DNA of 64,000 bases from Eledone cirrhosa (taxonomy: Eukaryota), in NCBI GenBank assembly GCA_964016885.1, contig OZ024743.1, positions 309,008,001 to 309,072,000 on the forward strand. The letters run 5' to 3'. Numbering within the stretch: the stretch's first letter is position 1; every line of letters begins with the position of its first letter. The notes beneath the pieces are model-generated. The model was not told the origin of the DNA and made no database searches. It saw only the letters and a list, made by a program, of their open reading frames with translations. Below are positions 63,401 to 64,000 of this stretch, one piece after another. The translations under genes and the position numbers were made by a program.

Positions 63401-64000
63401 TTGCGACACGTACAGAGAGGCCTGCCTCAGGCGTGGACTACTGGAAGATGGTGCTCAATGGGATGCCACTTTGGCAGAAGCAGTTGTTTCACAAATGCCA
63501 CACAGCCTTAAGAAGCTTTTTGCTGTCTTACTGTACATTGTGAATTGCCCAATCCTTCCTTCTTGTGGATCAAGTACAGAGATGACCTCTCTGAGGACTT
63601 CAGACATCAAGTACAATTACAACTTCCTGATGAAGGCTTCATAGATGAAATCAACAACAAAGCACTTATTGAAATTGAAAATATGATTGCTGCAATGGGT
63701 GGGAATGCACTGCAGACATATGGCCTACTCCATACCAACAGAACTGGTTCCGACGTCATTTCCGCAGAAATACTTCGGGAACTATCCTACGAAACTGACA
63801 GCTTGACTACATATGTCACTGAACATGAACCAACGCTACTGCATATAACACTATTGCTGACTGTGTCCACCGTCGTACTGGAGGAATCTTTTTCTTGAAC
63901 GCCCCTGGAGGCACAGGGAAGACTTTTGTCATACGGCTTCTCCTTGCCAAGGTTCAACAACACAGACACATAGCACTTGCTGTTGCGTCTTCCGGTATTG
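60451..64000 (+). mobile_element. Autonomous-type Helitron, degenerate RepHel gene running off the window end
   Basis: N-terminal ET..QR..R repeats, CCANGKV, Rep motifs DLFITFTCNP, YTIEWQKRGLPHAHILIWL and KYVCKYINKG, PIF1 helicase Walker A (APGGTGKTF) near 63900; many stops and frameshifts. Confidence 0.92.

Overview
Eukaryotic, very AT- and microsatellite-rich window made almost entirely of transposable elements; I found no host gene. The SINE families and (TA)n/(CA)n density look cephalopod/octopus-like, which is an inference. Contents: three degenerate Tx1/L1-clade APE-RT retrotransposons; five copies or fragments of two R4/Dong-clade RT-RLE families, one with an intact 1216-aa ORF; two Naiad-type Penelope-like elements (RT + GIY-YIG), each a multi-kb head-to-head palindrome; non-autonomous Helitrons and a degenerate RepHel Helitron; several tRNA-type SINEs. 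The most striking feature is a near-perfect 466-bp tandem array (35222-38352) in which each complete unit carries a type I hammerhead ribozyme. It looks like a retrozyme (circular-RNA concatemer) insertion, with a 5' inversion and a (TA)n target like the adjacent Penelope-like element. At least 14 hammerhead motifs can be read by eye in the window. Retroelement classes appear to partition microsatellite targets: PLEs and the array in (TA)n, Dong in sense (TAA)n, Tx1 in sense (TTA)n.
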